DNA of 64,000 bases from Neoechinorhynchus agilis (lineage: Eukaryota > Animalia > Acanthocephala), in contig CM121342.1 in NCBI GenBank assembly GCA_051530055.1, forward strand, positions 5,889,489 through 5,953,488. The letters run 5' to 3'. Below are positions 36,283-49,060 of this stretch, in pieces. The notes beneath the pieces were generated by a model, which was not told where the DNA came from, did not search any database, and saw only the letters and a list, made by a program, of their open reading frames with translations. The translations under genes were made by a program, and so were the position numbers. The number at the start of each line of letters is the position of its first letter. The stretch's first letter is position 1.

Positions 36283-38420
36283 GAAATCGACGAGAATCGA
36301 ATTGTCTCTAGTTCAAAAAAAACAAAAGTAATTTACCAATTAAAGACTTCAAAATACAACACTTAAAATATTGACAGAATGGTTTTTTATCGAGTTTTTC
36401 TTTAAAAAATACGGAAAACAAAATGAAAAAATGCCGATAAATTGCAAATAAACGTTCACAATGATTTTGCGGGAAAAAATCGCGAATCCTAAGAACGTTC
36501 ATCGTCAATTTTTTTTATTAAAAGACGCAAACTAATGATGAAATCGACGAGAATCGAAATTTCTTTAGTTCAAAAAAAACCAAAGTAATTTACCAATTAA
36601 AGACTTCAAAATACAACACTTTTAAAATATTGACAGAATGGTTTTTTATCGAGTTTTTCTTTAAAAAATACGGAAAACAAAATGAAAAAAAGTCGATAAA
36701 TTCCAAATAAACGTTCACAATGATTTTGTGGGAAAAATCGCGAATCCTAAGAACGTTCATCGTCAATTTTTTTATTAAAAGACGAAAACTAATGATGAAA
36801 ATATTGACAGAATGGTTTTTTATCGAGTTTTTCTTTAAAAAATACGGAAAACAAATATGAAAAAAAGTCGATAAATTGCAAATAAACGTTCACAATGATT
36901 TTGTGGGGAAAATTGCGATTCCTAAGAACGTCCATCATCGATTTTTTTATTAAAAGACGCAAATTAATCATGAAATCGACGAGAATCGAAATTTCTTTAG
37001 TTCAAAAAAAACAAAAGTAATTTACCAATTAAAGACTTCAAAATACAACACTTTTAAAATATTGACAGAATGGTTTTTTATCGAGTTTTTCTTTAAAAAA
37101 TACGGAAAACAAAATGAAAAAATGCCGATAAATTGCAAATAAACGTTCACAATGATTTTGTGGGAAAAATTGCGATTCCTAAGAACGTCCACCATCGATT
37201 TTTTTTATTAAAAGGCGCAAACTAATGATGAAAATATTGACAGAATGGTTTTTTATCGAGTTTTTCTTTAAAAAATACGGAAAACAAAATGAAAAAATGC
37301 CGATAAATTGCAAATAAACGTTCACAATGATTTTGTGGGGAAAATCGCGAATGTGCGGAACGTTCATCGTCGATTTTTTTATTAAAAGACGCAAATTAAT
37401 CATGAAATCGACGAGAATCGAAATTTCTTTAGTTCAAAAAACAAAAGTTATTTACCATTTAAAGACTTCAAAATAAAACACTTTTAAAATATTGACAGAA
37501 TGGTTTTTTATCGAGTTTTTCTTTAAAAAAATACGGAAAACAAAATGAAAAAAAGTCGATAAATTCAAAATAAACGTTCAAAATGATTTTGTGGGAAAAA
37601 ATCGCGAATCCTAAGAACGTTCATCGTCGATTTTTTTATTAAAAGACGCAAATTAATCATGAAATCGACGAGAATCGAAATTTCTTTAGTTCAAAAAAAA
37701 CAAAAGTTATTTACCATTTAAAGACTTCAAAATACAACACTTTTAAAATATTGACAGAATGGTTTTTTATCGAGTTTTTCTTTAAAAAAATACGGAAAAC
37801 AAAATGAAAAAAAGTCGATAAATTCAAAATAAACGTTCAAAATGATTTTGTGGGAAAAAATCGCGAATCCTAAGAACGTTCATCGTCGATTTTTTTATTA
37901 AAAGACGCAAATTAATCATGAAAATATTGACAGAATGGTTTTTTATCGAGTTTTTCTTTAAAAAATACGGAAAACAAAATGAAAAAAGTCGATAAATCAA
38001 AATAAACGTTCAAAATGATTTCGTGGGGAAAATTGCGATTCCTAAGAACGTCCATCATCGATTTTTTTATTAAAAGACGCAAATTAATCATGAAATCGAC
38101 GAGAATCGAAATTTCTTTAGTTCAAAAAAAACAAAAGTAATTTACCAATTAAAGACTTCAAAATACAACACTTTTAAAATATTGACAGAATGGTTATTTT
38201 ATCGAGTTTTTCTTTAAAAAATACGGAAAACAAAATGAAAAAATGCCGATAAATTCAAAATAAACGTTCACAATGATTTCGTGGGGAAAATTGCGATTCC
38301 TAAGAACGTTCATCGTCGATTTTTTTTATTAAAAGGCGCAAACTAATCATGAAATCGACGAGAATCGAAATGTCTTTATTTCAAAAAAACAAAAGTTATT
38401 TACCGACAAACAACTTCAAA
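36283..38420. repeat. Satellite with long (~258 bp) and short (~174 bp) monomers
   Basis: Unit starts at 36283 L, 36540 L, 36797 S, 36972 L, 37230 S, 37404 L, 37661 L, 37920 S, 38092 L, 38351 partial. Confidence 0.95.
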
Positions 38421-40532
38421 ATTGATTGTTTTCGCTAACGAAATTAAGGTACAAGATTGTGTGCCTCTCCGAAAACAATCGGATCACTAAAAATAAAAAA
38501 TCATCTTAATTTCTTCGCAATATAAAACAACCACAAAATATGAACAATTAAATCTTCAAACAATAATCGTAAAAAAAACAAATTATACCGATTATTTTTC
38601 ACGAAAAAAAAGAGAATGCAACAATTGCAAAAGCATCGTTCTCTAAGATTGGTACTAGTCTTTTTTTTCGGAGAATCGATATTTTCGAGAGTTCTAAGAA
38701 CGCCTATAAACAACAGCAAAAACACTTCAGCATCGGAAACCACGGATCGGTGCTCAATTGGACCAAAGGAAAACAGAGGTCATTTTTATAAGAATGAAAT
38801 TCTGACCTGGAAGAAATTCGCGTGACCTCGTCGAAGTTGTGACGTATTCAATGTTAGAGAAGTTTCAAAGCGATTTTCTCTTGACCGTTAAAGAAAAGTT
38901 CATCTATTTTTGTGGGTTTTTTACTTGGTGTTCAGTTTTTTGGATGCAATGGAGGATTTTTTTGTCTTTAAAATCGAATTCTTTATTAAAGAAGAGGAAC
39001 AAAGTTGGAGATGAAGCGTTTTTTTTGATTGAGCCAAGAAGCGTTTTCCTCTTACTCATTCCTCGGTTAGTCTTGGAAATTTGTCATCTTGATGAGTTTA
39101 AGATCGAAATAAATTTTAAAGATTTAATCTCCAAAAAAAAAGAGCATATCTTTCTTCATTTGTCAAAGACTCGAATTTTGTCTTCATTTTAGATTTTGAC
39201 CAATTGTTCAATATTGGTGCTGCTCTCGGCAACCATCAACATCACGATTTATTCATCATTTAAACATATAAAGATATTTTTAGACAGCAATCGAGACAAC
39301 CAGCGCGGAGCAGAAAGTCTTCAGCTCTCCGGCCCAGGGAAACGGTAGAGACTCCGAGTGTTTGAGTCTTGATGGGAGTAACCATCACGATTTTTTAACA
39401 TCCTTCAACAAATCGGAGGCTCAAATTCTTTGAGCTAAAAAGAATTTATTAAATTCGATTAATTTCGGCCAATCACAATCTTGTACGCGCTTATAAAGGT
39501 TTCTTGTATCTCTGAAATCAATCAACCACTTTAATGTAGAATAATAATGCAAAAACGGAGAATTCAATTTTTAGTAGAAAACTTACGACCAACTTTGTGA
39601 TAAACGTGTACAAGATTGTGCCGCCGAAACCAATTGGAATCAATACAACACTCGTAATCGCTCTTTTTTCCCATTGGCCAATCTTCTCGCTCTCGGATAT
39701 CATAAAAACTGAAATGAAAATGAGGTAATCGCCAACCACCATCTTTCCTTCATTCGACTGGACACAGCCGCTCTCTAATGGTTTTGTTGTTGCTTATATT
39801 AACGGAAAGCGAAGTACTAAGAATGAATCATCTTTTAAATTGATTAATTTTTCTACTATATAAAAATATTATATCATCCGTGGTTCCACTTTAGCTTAAA
39901 AGCGCCAACTTTCTACATCTTTTCTATGGGTTTCTAGAAGCGAAAAGCAATTATAGATCAGCGCTGCCGGACGATAATGCCATTTTCGCCATTGGGACAA
40001 AATCTCTACTGAAGATTTTTATAAGTGGTTTAGATCAAGATTGTTGTCGTTTATATAATGAGGCTTAGCCCTTATCTTTCGAATAATCAATAAAAGTTTC
40101 CTAGGTTTTTTTAAGACAAACGAGTTGATGTCCACCGACGCTTCGACCACAAAAAATTGCGATTTTATGTAAAAGAAATCGTTTTTCTCGATTTAATTGA
40201 ATATTGACCAATGGCGCTGCGTGCTCGGATCGTTGTTACTTTAGAATGTTTTATGAAATATTTTAGTGATTGCGCACGAATTAAGCTGACATTGAGGCGA
40301 TTCCTTTTTTTATTACGGCCCAAATCAATCCAGCAAATGAACGAATGTCTTTTCAAAAAGTGTAAATTTCAAAAACAAAATATTTTATCCGGATATTTCG
40401 AAAGAGAGAGAGGAAAACCGAAACTCCATTCGGGTCAGTTAAAAAGATTTTAGTTGTATGGCCGAGAAGCATTATGATCACTACCACACTTTCCCAACTC
40501 TCCTGAAAGATTTTATGTTGATGTTTACTTCT

Positions 40533-40885
40533 GTTTTACTCCAGATTTATTATCGAACGGAAAATGGGTGTTTTATTTCTTGCTTCAAATTTTCGACGCC
40601 TTGCGTCTTCGTCAGGAAGCTTTTCTTCGGTTGTCTGAAAAGGAATCAGAGGAGGGCAACAACGGACCGACTTTTCGAGCCTCTGCAAACTTCTTCGCGA
40701 CTCTGGAGAGGATAAAGATTTTGGAGCAACGGATCATTTTTCTACGGACAGCGTTGCCCTCCTCTGATTCCTTTTCAGACAACCAAAGAAAAGCTTCCCG
40801 ACGAAGACGCAAGGCGTCGAAAATTTGAAGCAATAAACAAATAAAACACCCATTTTCCGTTCGATAATAAATCTGGAATAAAACA
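40533..40885. repeat. ~130-bp inverted repeat arms with ~86-bp spacer, each arm carrying a hammerhead motif
   Basis: 40533-40665 is nearly the reverse complement of 40752-40885. Confidence 0.9.
40582..40620 (-). ncRNA. Minimal type I hammerhead ribozyme, intact core
   Basis: GCTTC-CTGACGA-A-GACGC-AAG-GCGTC-GAA-AATT-T-GAAGC; 5-bp stems I and II; partner at 40793-40831 (+) has CCGACGA. Confidence 0.85.
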
Positions 40886-41156
40886 TCAGGGTGTTGGGAA
40901 AAGAGGCTTTCCATAATATTACTTCTGTTTTACGTTTTTTATAACAGTTTCCTCTTTTGTACTTTAAACTTTCATGTTTTGAATTTAAACCACCCGTAAT
41001 TATTGTCACAGTTTGCTCTTCGATCTGTGAAAGTTAAAACTCGTCGTTGAAAACAACATAGAACGAGGATATATTATTTTGAAAGATGATAACAAAACTA
41101 TGAAAAATCTATTGTATGTCCTCGTTTTTGCTTTCCAATACCGACATTTTGATAAC

Positions 41157-41660
41157 TCATTCGAGCTGTCCACACCCCGAGATTTGAACTTCCCGTGTTA
41201 TTTCTCCAGTCTCCGTCCCAGACAGTTCGATATCTTTTACAACATGGAATCCTTGAATGACCTGCCCAAACACAACGTGTTTTCCATCAAGATGTGGACA
41301 TTCGGTCACAGTGATAAAGAATTGGGAACTATTGGTATTTGGACCACAGTTGGCCATTGATAGCAGAAATGGATGGTCGTGTTTTAAAACAAAGTTTTCG
41401 TCGTCAAACTCTGATCCGTAGATCGAATATCCTCCAGTGCCGTCTGATTTTTCAAAATCGCCTCCTTGAGCCATAAAACCGGGGATGATCCGATGAAAAT
41501 AACTCTGACGGTAACCGAATCGTTGATCGCCAGTACACAGCTGCCGGAAATTCTCGGCCGTTCTTGGAGTGAGATGGTTGAACAGTTCCATAATTATCCG
41601 TCCGCGTTTCTCTTTGTCGATTTCAATATCGAAGAATACGACCGGATTCTTGTCTGACAT
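41157..41660 (-). CDS. Single-domain cyclophilin (peptidyl-prolyl isomerase), intronless
   Basis: [61 protein letters not shown]. Confidence 0.95.
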   Translation of the reverse strand: MSDKNPVVFFDIEIDKEKRGRIIMELFNHLTPRTAENFRQLCTGDQRFGYRQSYFHRIIPGFMAQGGDFEKSDGTGGYSIYGSEFDDENFVLKHDHPFLLSMANCGPNTNSSQFFITVTECPHLDGKHVVFGQVIQGFHVVKDIELSGTETGEITREVQISGCGQLE

Positions 41661-42022
41661 TTTGGGCCGGCTAAATTGAAAGATGCCGTGAATAAAAAGC
41701 AAAAAAACCTTTTATTTGTCTAATGCTATTGGATTCGATGGTCAAATTTTTTCTACGGGCGCAAAAATCGGTTATTGAAATTTTTCACGCCCATTATTAA
41801 GTTAACGGGAGAAAAATCAGTTCTCTAACATATTGGCTTTCTCGGATTTCTAGAATTTATTCGATTTACCGGATTTCCTGCATTGTTTTTGAATTAATTG
41901 AGAGACGAAGCACACAAAAAGTGACGAGCAAAGTGCAAGTACAAAGCAGTTGAGGCATTACGAATTTAATGACTCAGTTTTTCTTTGTGTGAGTCGTTTA
42001 TAACCAAGCTGTCACTGATTAC

Positions 42023-42925
42023 TTACCATTGCTCCATATCTGTTTGGTTATCGCAATTATTGCTTTGATCATCTTTGACTTTGTGTTTGTTCCTACTCTT
42101 CTTTTTCTCTTTTCGTTCAATGATGGTTTCTTCAACTACGTCTGGAGTTCGTTCAATGGAATCAGATGCTGCGAAGAACTGTGCCGCTGAAGTCGGTTGA
42201 AGAGTTGGTTGTTGATATGGAGCGTTAAAAGAAGACATATCCGGTCCTAGTTGATTAAACTGAGGATATTCTTGATGAAACATGGGTTGTTGTTGTTGAT
42301 GATGGTTATACATTTGTTGGAAGTTGCTGTGATAATAGGATTGTTGTTGAGATTGTCGAGCACTGAGTTCTTTAACAAATTCGTTAAGGAACTTTTCTTC
42401 TTCTCCTGGTAAAATTTGTTTGACGACGACTGGTGCTTGTGGCGGTCTCAAAGCTTCAGCTTTTGATCGTACTTGAAAATCAATAAGATCGTTCCTGAAC
42501 GCACTGACGGATAAAGTATTACTTTCTTGCATTAGCTGATGGTAAAAGTCATCGATCGCGGAGTTATTGTGATTTCTGATCTCTCTGTACGTGGGATCGG
42601 TATCCAGTGGATTTTCGTCTAATTGACGATCGATTGTTCTGGTAAGCCTCGGTTTTCCGCCGTTAATATCATCGGTTAGAGAACCCATTGACCTAGACAA
42701 AGACGGGTTAGCTTGGAATTTTCGTGGATGAAAAGAAGAGAATTGGAAAGGTGTTGGCGCCACTCCAAGGCTATTCCTTCTCCATCCGGACATTTTTTTA
42801 ACAAAAAGAGCGGTTGAACGTTAGAACAAGTACTCGTAGAGGTCGGTAGATGGTGTGTGTAGTGTGGAACGAGCGTAAAAAGTACTCTGAGAAAGGCGTT
42901 TTTCTAACGAAGTTGAGTAGGACAT
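42023..42925 (-). CDS. Hypothetical Q-rich protein, at least 2 exons, 3' end unresolved
   Basis: 256-aa ORF ends at a GTAAGT donor; upstream exon 42925-42834 splices in frame through a 54-nt GT-AG intron; no family recognised. Confidence 0.55.
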
Positions 42926-43734
42926 GACCGCACACACACTATCGAAACGCTTTCTTCTATCTACCACCTCGAAGGAGAGAAAGTGACTAGAAAAAAAAGT
43001 GAAAGTGTTCAAAAACACACCATTGAACCGTTCAAAAACGACAAATGTTCCGCTCGTAGGTAAGCGGAACGAGTACGACCCACAGGGTGAGAAAGGAGAA
43101 TGTATTGGTGGCATTGGGAACTTATGTTTTCGGCACATTAATAACAACAGCTTTCAGGGGGCTTCCAAAACCTTGACGCCATCAAAATCATTTCGCTTAG
43201 AGAATAACATCGTGTTTTTTTGGTCCAATCAAAGCACAAGTGGCGTCTATATGTGTGCAGTAACAAGAAAAAAAATTGATGAGGACACTAATGAGCAAGT
43301 CTTTTGTTTTTGCAGTGAGTATCAAAGCATGAAATCAATGTTTTATTCTCAATTGAGGTCATATCGTAAGGCTCAGACTATATGAAAATCTACAAATTTG
43401 ACTACTCTAGTAACCGTGCAGATTTACGATTAAAAGAATTTCTCTCTTAAAAAGCTTTGGTTTTCGATTTTTCTTTCTAAAGAACAAATTCTAAAACATT
43501 TGGAGAGAGAGAGAATATTTTGAGTTAACACTTCAACAGAATTCGACAAAATCTACTTTCTGAATTCTCTTGACCTTTATAACATCCTTCAAGTCAGACG
43601 ACATAAACCAATCTTAATTAAAGATTTCAAGATTGAAACAACGAGCGAATATTTCGATAGTAATCGCAAGTTTGCAAAAATCCACTATCTGTTCAACAAC
43701 GATTTCAATTATAATTGCAATATAAGAATCAAAA

Positions 43735-43906
43735 TTACATTTTCCTTCCTTTCGGCGTGGAAACACAAGGGGCGCTGGGATCTTCGGCACGAAGCTTTTG
43801 TGCCGAACTCGGACGACGACAGCGAAGCGAGAGGATTTTCCTGATCCAAAGAATAAGCCTCGCAATCCAACGAGGAAATGCGGTCAGCGTCCGGGGGACG
43901 ATTTAA
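43735..43906 (+). mobile_element. CRE-clade RLE extreme C-terminal fragment
   Basis: FLPFGVETQGALG..A..F..EL.RR...FLIQRISLAIQRGNA.SV.GT. Confidence 0.8.
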
Positions 43907-44777
43907 TTAATTTCCAAATCTGATCCTTGATTTGAAGAATTGTAAAAACTAATACTGAAGTTAAATCTAAGCTTTTGCATATGAGAATCTCTTCGCTTTA
44001 GATATTTTTACAGTGAACTATAAAAAAAACTAACATCGTCACTACATTTTTTGCTTCTTTAATACGCGATCAAGAGTGTCGATTCTATAGTTTTTCTCGT
44101 GCACTTCAAAGAAATCGCTTCTATCTAAATTCAGTGAGTATTCTTTTTGTACTAATCAACATGATTTTAGACCGTAAACACGAATTGCAGCTGAAAATGC
44201 TTTTATTTTCCATTTACAAGCAAATGCTAAACTAATTTTTGAATTTCCAATCACACGACTATCTTTTCGCCATATAAATTAAACATTTTGGAAATCATAA
44301 AAAATCGCCGATTGTTCGGTTTCATAAAAAAATACTAAACATAAAAATTTTGATTTATTAATGATAATTTTACAAAAGAGGATTGTTTCCGAATTAACCA
44401 TCTGATTTAATTGAGATATGCCTGTACTTGAGAAAAACTTATGACTGAATGGGCCATATTTGTAAAAAGATTAAAGCTTACGAGTACATCAATAGAAGAT
44501 ATCGGTATAGATGAAAATATACGATTTGAGACTTAATCTCAAATTTTTAATTTCTGGAGCAATAAAATATATTGCGAATGAGCTCAATGAGCGGCATTGG
44601 TCTTTTAAGCTTTAAAGAAGAAATTCCCATCACTCAAATGGGTAATTGATACAATTGAAAGACGATAAAATCAATTTTGATCATGATATTGTTACAAGTG
44701 TGATTGGACTCCATTTTGCAGAAATCTAAAAAGAAAGTATTTACATTTAATTTAAAAAAAGGCGATATTGGACATGC

Positions 44778-45978
44778 TTAGAATCTTTGAAGCTTTTTTT
44801 CGTCGCACGGTTGAAAGTAAGCATCCATTTGTTGTTGTTGTTGTTCCATATGATGATCATACTGCCGTTTTCTCATTTGTTCTCGTTCAAAATCCTCATG
44901 TTTCTTTACATGCTTTCTAAGACTACTCGGATGAGTATATCGCTTTCCGCATTCTAATCTAGGACAAATAAATTGCTGACCGGATGTATCATGAACATGT
45001 TGGTGTTTTTTGCGGTCACTGCTATTAGCAAAGCAACGTCCACAATGTTTGCATTTAAAGGGTTTTTCTCCTATAATATCGAGAAATAAAAAACTTAGAA
45101 ATTAATACCAAAAAAACCTAACCTGTATGAACTCTCTGATGAATTTTTAGATTTTCCGATCGCGCAAACGTTTTCCCGCAGTTTTCGAAATGACATCGAA
45201 ATGGTTTGTGTCCAGTATGTACTCGTGAATGATTGACGACTTTGTATCGCTGTTCGCACTGTTTATCACAACTCAGCCAATGGCAAATATACGGCTTTTC
45301 TTTTGAAATATGTTCCGCGTCTAAATGTTCCTCTAACAACTTTGGACAAGAAAATACTCGTTGGCATTGAACCAGAGTTCGAGGTTCTACCCAACGGCAC
45401 CGCATTGAAGTCGAGTATTGTTCCGATGGAGCAACGTTTTGTTGCACAAGTACGTTCGTCTGATTAAATTGCTGTTGAATTATTTGAGTTGGATGAGCGG
45501 CAGCATTTATTACAGTTTGTTGCATTTGTGGATAGTAGTAAGCCTGTTGTTGATCGTCGTATTGGTTCGTAGACTGCTGATTTTGACCATAATCCCATTG
45601 TTGGTCGGTGCAATAAGGCACCATCGGCGCCTGCTGCTGATAATCATATTGGTGATTGGTCGTTGAAGATTTTTGTTCAAGATAGTAATTAGTGGATGAA
45701 GGTGTTGGCATCACTTTAGTAATCATAGTTTGATTCCCACAAATTGTTTGACCGTACATGTCATGATTTAGTGTTTGAAGATTTTGTGAAGGCGTTATAT
45801 ATGGCGATATTCCATCACTGGTGTAAGTGTGGTTCATGGGATTAAAAGCAGCGTGGCGAGGTGTCATTTGATAAAAATAAGCATTTGTTTGGTTCGTTTT
45901 ATATGCACGATTGGCAAGTTTATGACGTTGAATGTGAAATCTTTGTGGAGTTAAAGTTTGTCTTTGAAAATTGTTCAT
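44778..45978 (-). CDS. ZIC: Zic/odd-paired C2H2 zinc-finger transcription factor, exons 45978-45123 and 45070-44778
   Basis: [40 protein letters not shown]; 52-nt phase-1 GT-AG intron between ZF3 and ZF4. Confidence 0.93.
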
Positions 45979-46989
45979 TTTTTCGTTATAAGCTCTCCTA
46001 AATTCGATATAAAGACCTTTAGAACCAAATATTTCTACTGTACTTCAAGAATGTGAAAGAGCGGGCTAAGATGGATATTCCCGAACGCTGATTGGCCGAA
46101 GCAATCTATGCTGTAATTAAGCAAGAGGAATGAATGGGGCGTAAACGATGTATTTAAGATAGGTGAGAAAATTGAATTTGAAGCTGCGTGATAAAATGGG
46201 GGTTTTTCCGATTCTTTATGAAAAATTAAAAACAAAATTCAAACGACTTACAAAAAAAAGGGGCATGAGTAGCATATTGTCAAGATTTAATGTGAGAAAA
46301 AGAATAGCTAAACAATCTGTAGTCTAAAAATAGTCTGGAAATTAATAAAATCGTCTTCTTTAGTATACAATTGGTTTAATTAAAAATGCAATGAAGCCGT
46401 TTCTTTGATCTCATTCAGTGAATGCATGAGCAATCAAATTAAAATGAGTTGATTTTTTACTAAAAGTGAAAGCTCTGGTATCCCGCGTGGCATTCCCTCA
46501 TAGATTAAGCTTGAATAACGTCAAATTTTTAAAATAACCAAATCCGTGCATTGACTGTCGTCAACAATTTTCACAAAATACAAGTAGCCACTAATCAACC
46601 TTAATGATGTTTTCTTGACTGAATTGCTAAAATATTAAATTAATTGTTCACACCAAGCTACTAAGACATTCAAAAAGGTTTAAATCCACGAAAATGTATT
46701 TAATTATGCATTTCCTAATCTCAAAAAGAAAACATTAACGCCCATCTAAATTCTAAATTGAAAAGTTAAATGGACACAAGTGTATAAGAGCGTACTTGAG
46801 TGTTCATAGGAATGAATGATGATGAAAATTATAGATTCTTTATATGTCTCGAATACACCTGCTCAGTCTCCTGTTGTTAACAAGAGATTGTTCAGAACAT
46901 TTTGGGTTGATTAAAAATTATATCCTGTGGTCTCAAAGGAATTCTCAGTTGGGCGTGTTCGACACCAGAGACGGGTGCAAGCATTCGTT

Positions 46990-47400
46990 CTTAAATTTAA
47001 GGTTGTTGACACAGCCAAAACTATTGTCACCTATTGCGCGATAAAGACATTGTTTACTCTTAGTCGCTAAAGTCATTTATCTACGATTTTTTTTGATCGT
47101 CTCTAATGCTTTTCGACACCTACCCGTGAATCCAGCCTATCAAAGCACGCATCTCCGACCTTTGACATAATAGTACTTGGCTCATCAAATATTAGTTGAT
47201 CTAATCGAAAGAGATCTACTCATAAATTGTTATACACAAGATCTTTATGCCGACTGATACTTGACTCCTCATTTTTTTAATGGTGCGAACCTGATCAATT
47301 GACTAGTTTCGGCGTAGATGCACGTAGTTTATGTAGGTTATCCGATCGATCAGTGATCTTTCATCGGATTAGCTGCTTGATATTTTAGAATCGAATTTCA
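46990..47400 (-). pseudogene. Possible heavily decayed piggyBac-like transposase remnant
   Basis: Scattered fragments EMRALIGW, KFDSK and SIDQ...GIKILC resemble PGBD motifs, but with many stops and scrambled order. Confidence 0.25.
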
Positions 47401-48720
47401 TGGCATAAACAAAATGAAGATCGCTTTTGAAAATTCGAAATTTGCAAATTCTTTAATTATTAAAGATTTCAATTCATTAAATGGGTCGAAATTTCACGAG
47501 TAAACAATTTACCAAAAAAATTGTTCGAAAGGCCGCTTACTTCAAATGCTTTCATAGGTATCGCAAAAATCTATAAATTTTGTCTTTAGGAGAAATATAT
47601 TAATTTTTAACCAGTGAATCTTGTAAATTTTGGGTTGCTGTAAATTCTCTTATGAAAAAATCATATATATACCAATTTTGAGAGCGATTTAGTCGCAAAT
47701 AAAATAACATTTGACGATTTGTATTATTTAGTTCAGAGGATTTTCAAATGTAAATTGATATTTTGAAATGTTTTAATTGTTGGAAGACGCGTTTGCTTTG
47801 TGATTTATCCATAAACATGGTATCATTTTTATAAAAACAAACGGTGCAATAATTATGGCGATCCAGCACTTAAATGTTAATTGAGGCTAATTTGCGAGTC
47901 CATAGCAAATTACAGGGTTTTTGCAATCAGATTGCAAAAAAATTTCCCAAGGTTAAATGATAATCCCAAAGGGATTTTATATAGACATTTACGTATGCAA
48001 TGAATTTTCGAGAAGGTTTGAAATTACCATACGTGTCTCTTGACTGAATTTCTTATAAATTTATACGCTTTATCTTATTAAATTTTAATCATAATAAATT
48101 CGCAAGAATAGCAATGTAGTGAAAAGTTTTGAAAGCAAGGCCGCTTGGTTAATGATTTAATTTGTGTATATATTGCATTTAGGAAGGCATTCAGTTTGGA
48201 AATCTTCGACCAGAGGCTGATTTATTTAATTATTCTGTAGGATTTGGTAATTATTAACTTGATATAATTTACTAGTGACAATATTGAATTTTCAGTGTCG
48301 CTGTTCTAGAAAATTTTCAAATTTGTCAAGTTTACTAAAAGGACTTCGCGAACTGGCAAATCATGACGCCGTTGGTGGCAATTCTTAATTAGCACCTTCC
48401 GCAAGGAACGAGCGGCCGTATGATTCATTTAGCGCCACGTGTAGCTCAGTCCTTTCACTTCTCTTGTTTGCTTATAGGAATTCATTAAAGTTGAATTTTA
48501 ACGTTTTGTTGAACGATCCTTTAAGCACGCAGTACCATTTTTGTATCATTAGAAATTTGAAGGTCGTTTCTCAATCAAATCTCACCGTTATGCAGAAAAT
48601 GAAATTCTTCGCTTGTCATCGAAATTCGAATGAGGTTAAGAGACAAAGTCATCGTAATCTACACTTCAAATCGACTCTGATTTTAGAAGTATTAAAGACG
48701 TTTTCATCAGTTCTAAAATA

Positions 48721-48815
48721 AAAGTACCTCGCCGGATTCATCATCAGATTGCTTGTTATTAATAGACGCAAACTGGCGATGAACACGACGAGATTCGAAA
48801 CGTTTTTAATCGAAA
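48721..48815. repeat. Divergent inverted pair of degenerate hammerhead-family fragments
   Basis: Minus strand CTGATGA-T-gaatccggcgag (core 48741-48747); plus strand ctggcga-t-gaac..ttc-GAA-ACGT-T (48773-48804); same family as 26363. Confidence 0.55.
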
Positions 48816-49042
48816 AATTTAAATAATAAGTCGACTGTTTTTGTCTCGTTCTTTAAACACCATTGAGTTCAGAACTTACTTCTGTAATTATTCTTTGTTG
48901 ACTCTTCTATAAATTATTATCATTCGACTGGTTCCGAATTTTCAGCTAAAATAATTTATTCTAAGTTTTAAGTGTGACCTTTTTCGTGGCTGATTATTTT
49001 CCCTGGGCACACAGCTCACCGATATCTGGGTCGAGGATCCGT

Positions 49043-49060
49043 CCGGATTCTCAGATACCT
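49043..49060 (-). mobile_element. 3' fragment of the SINE-like family
   Basis: aggtatctgagaatccgg matches 12774-12791 exactly. Confidence 0.5.

Noticed and set aside
38616-39742. ORFs between the gtacaagattgtg inverted motifs as a transposase
   Set aside because: No DDE or DNA-binding motif recognisable
42999-43385. ORF with SGVYMCAV, an Ig-like motif
   Set aside because: Single motif with no signal peptide, second Ig cysteine context or supporting exons
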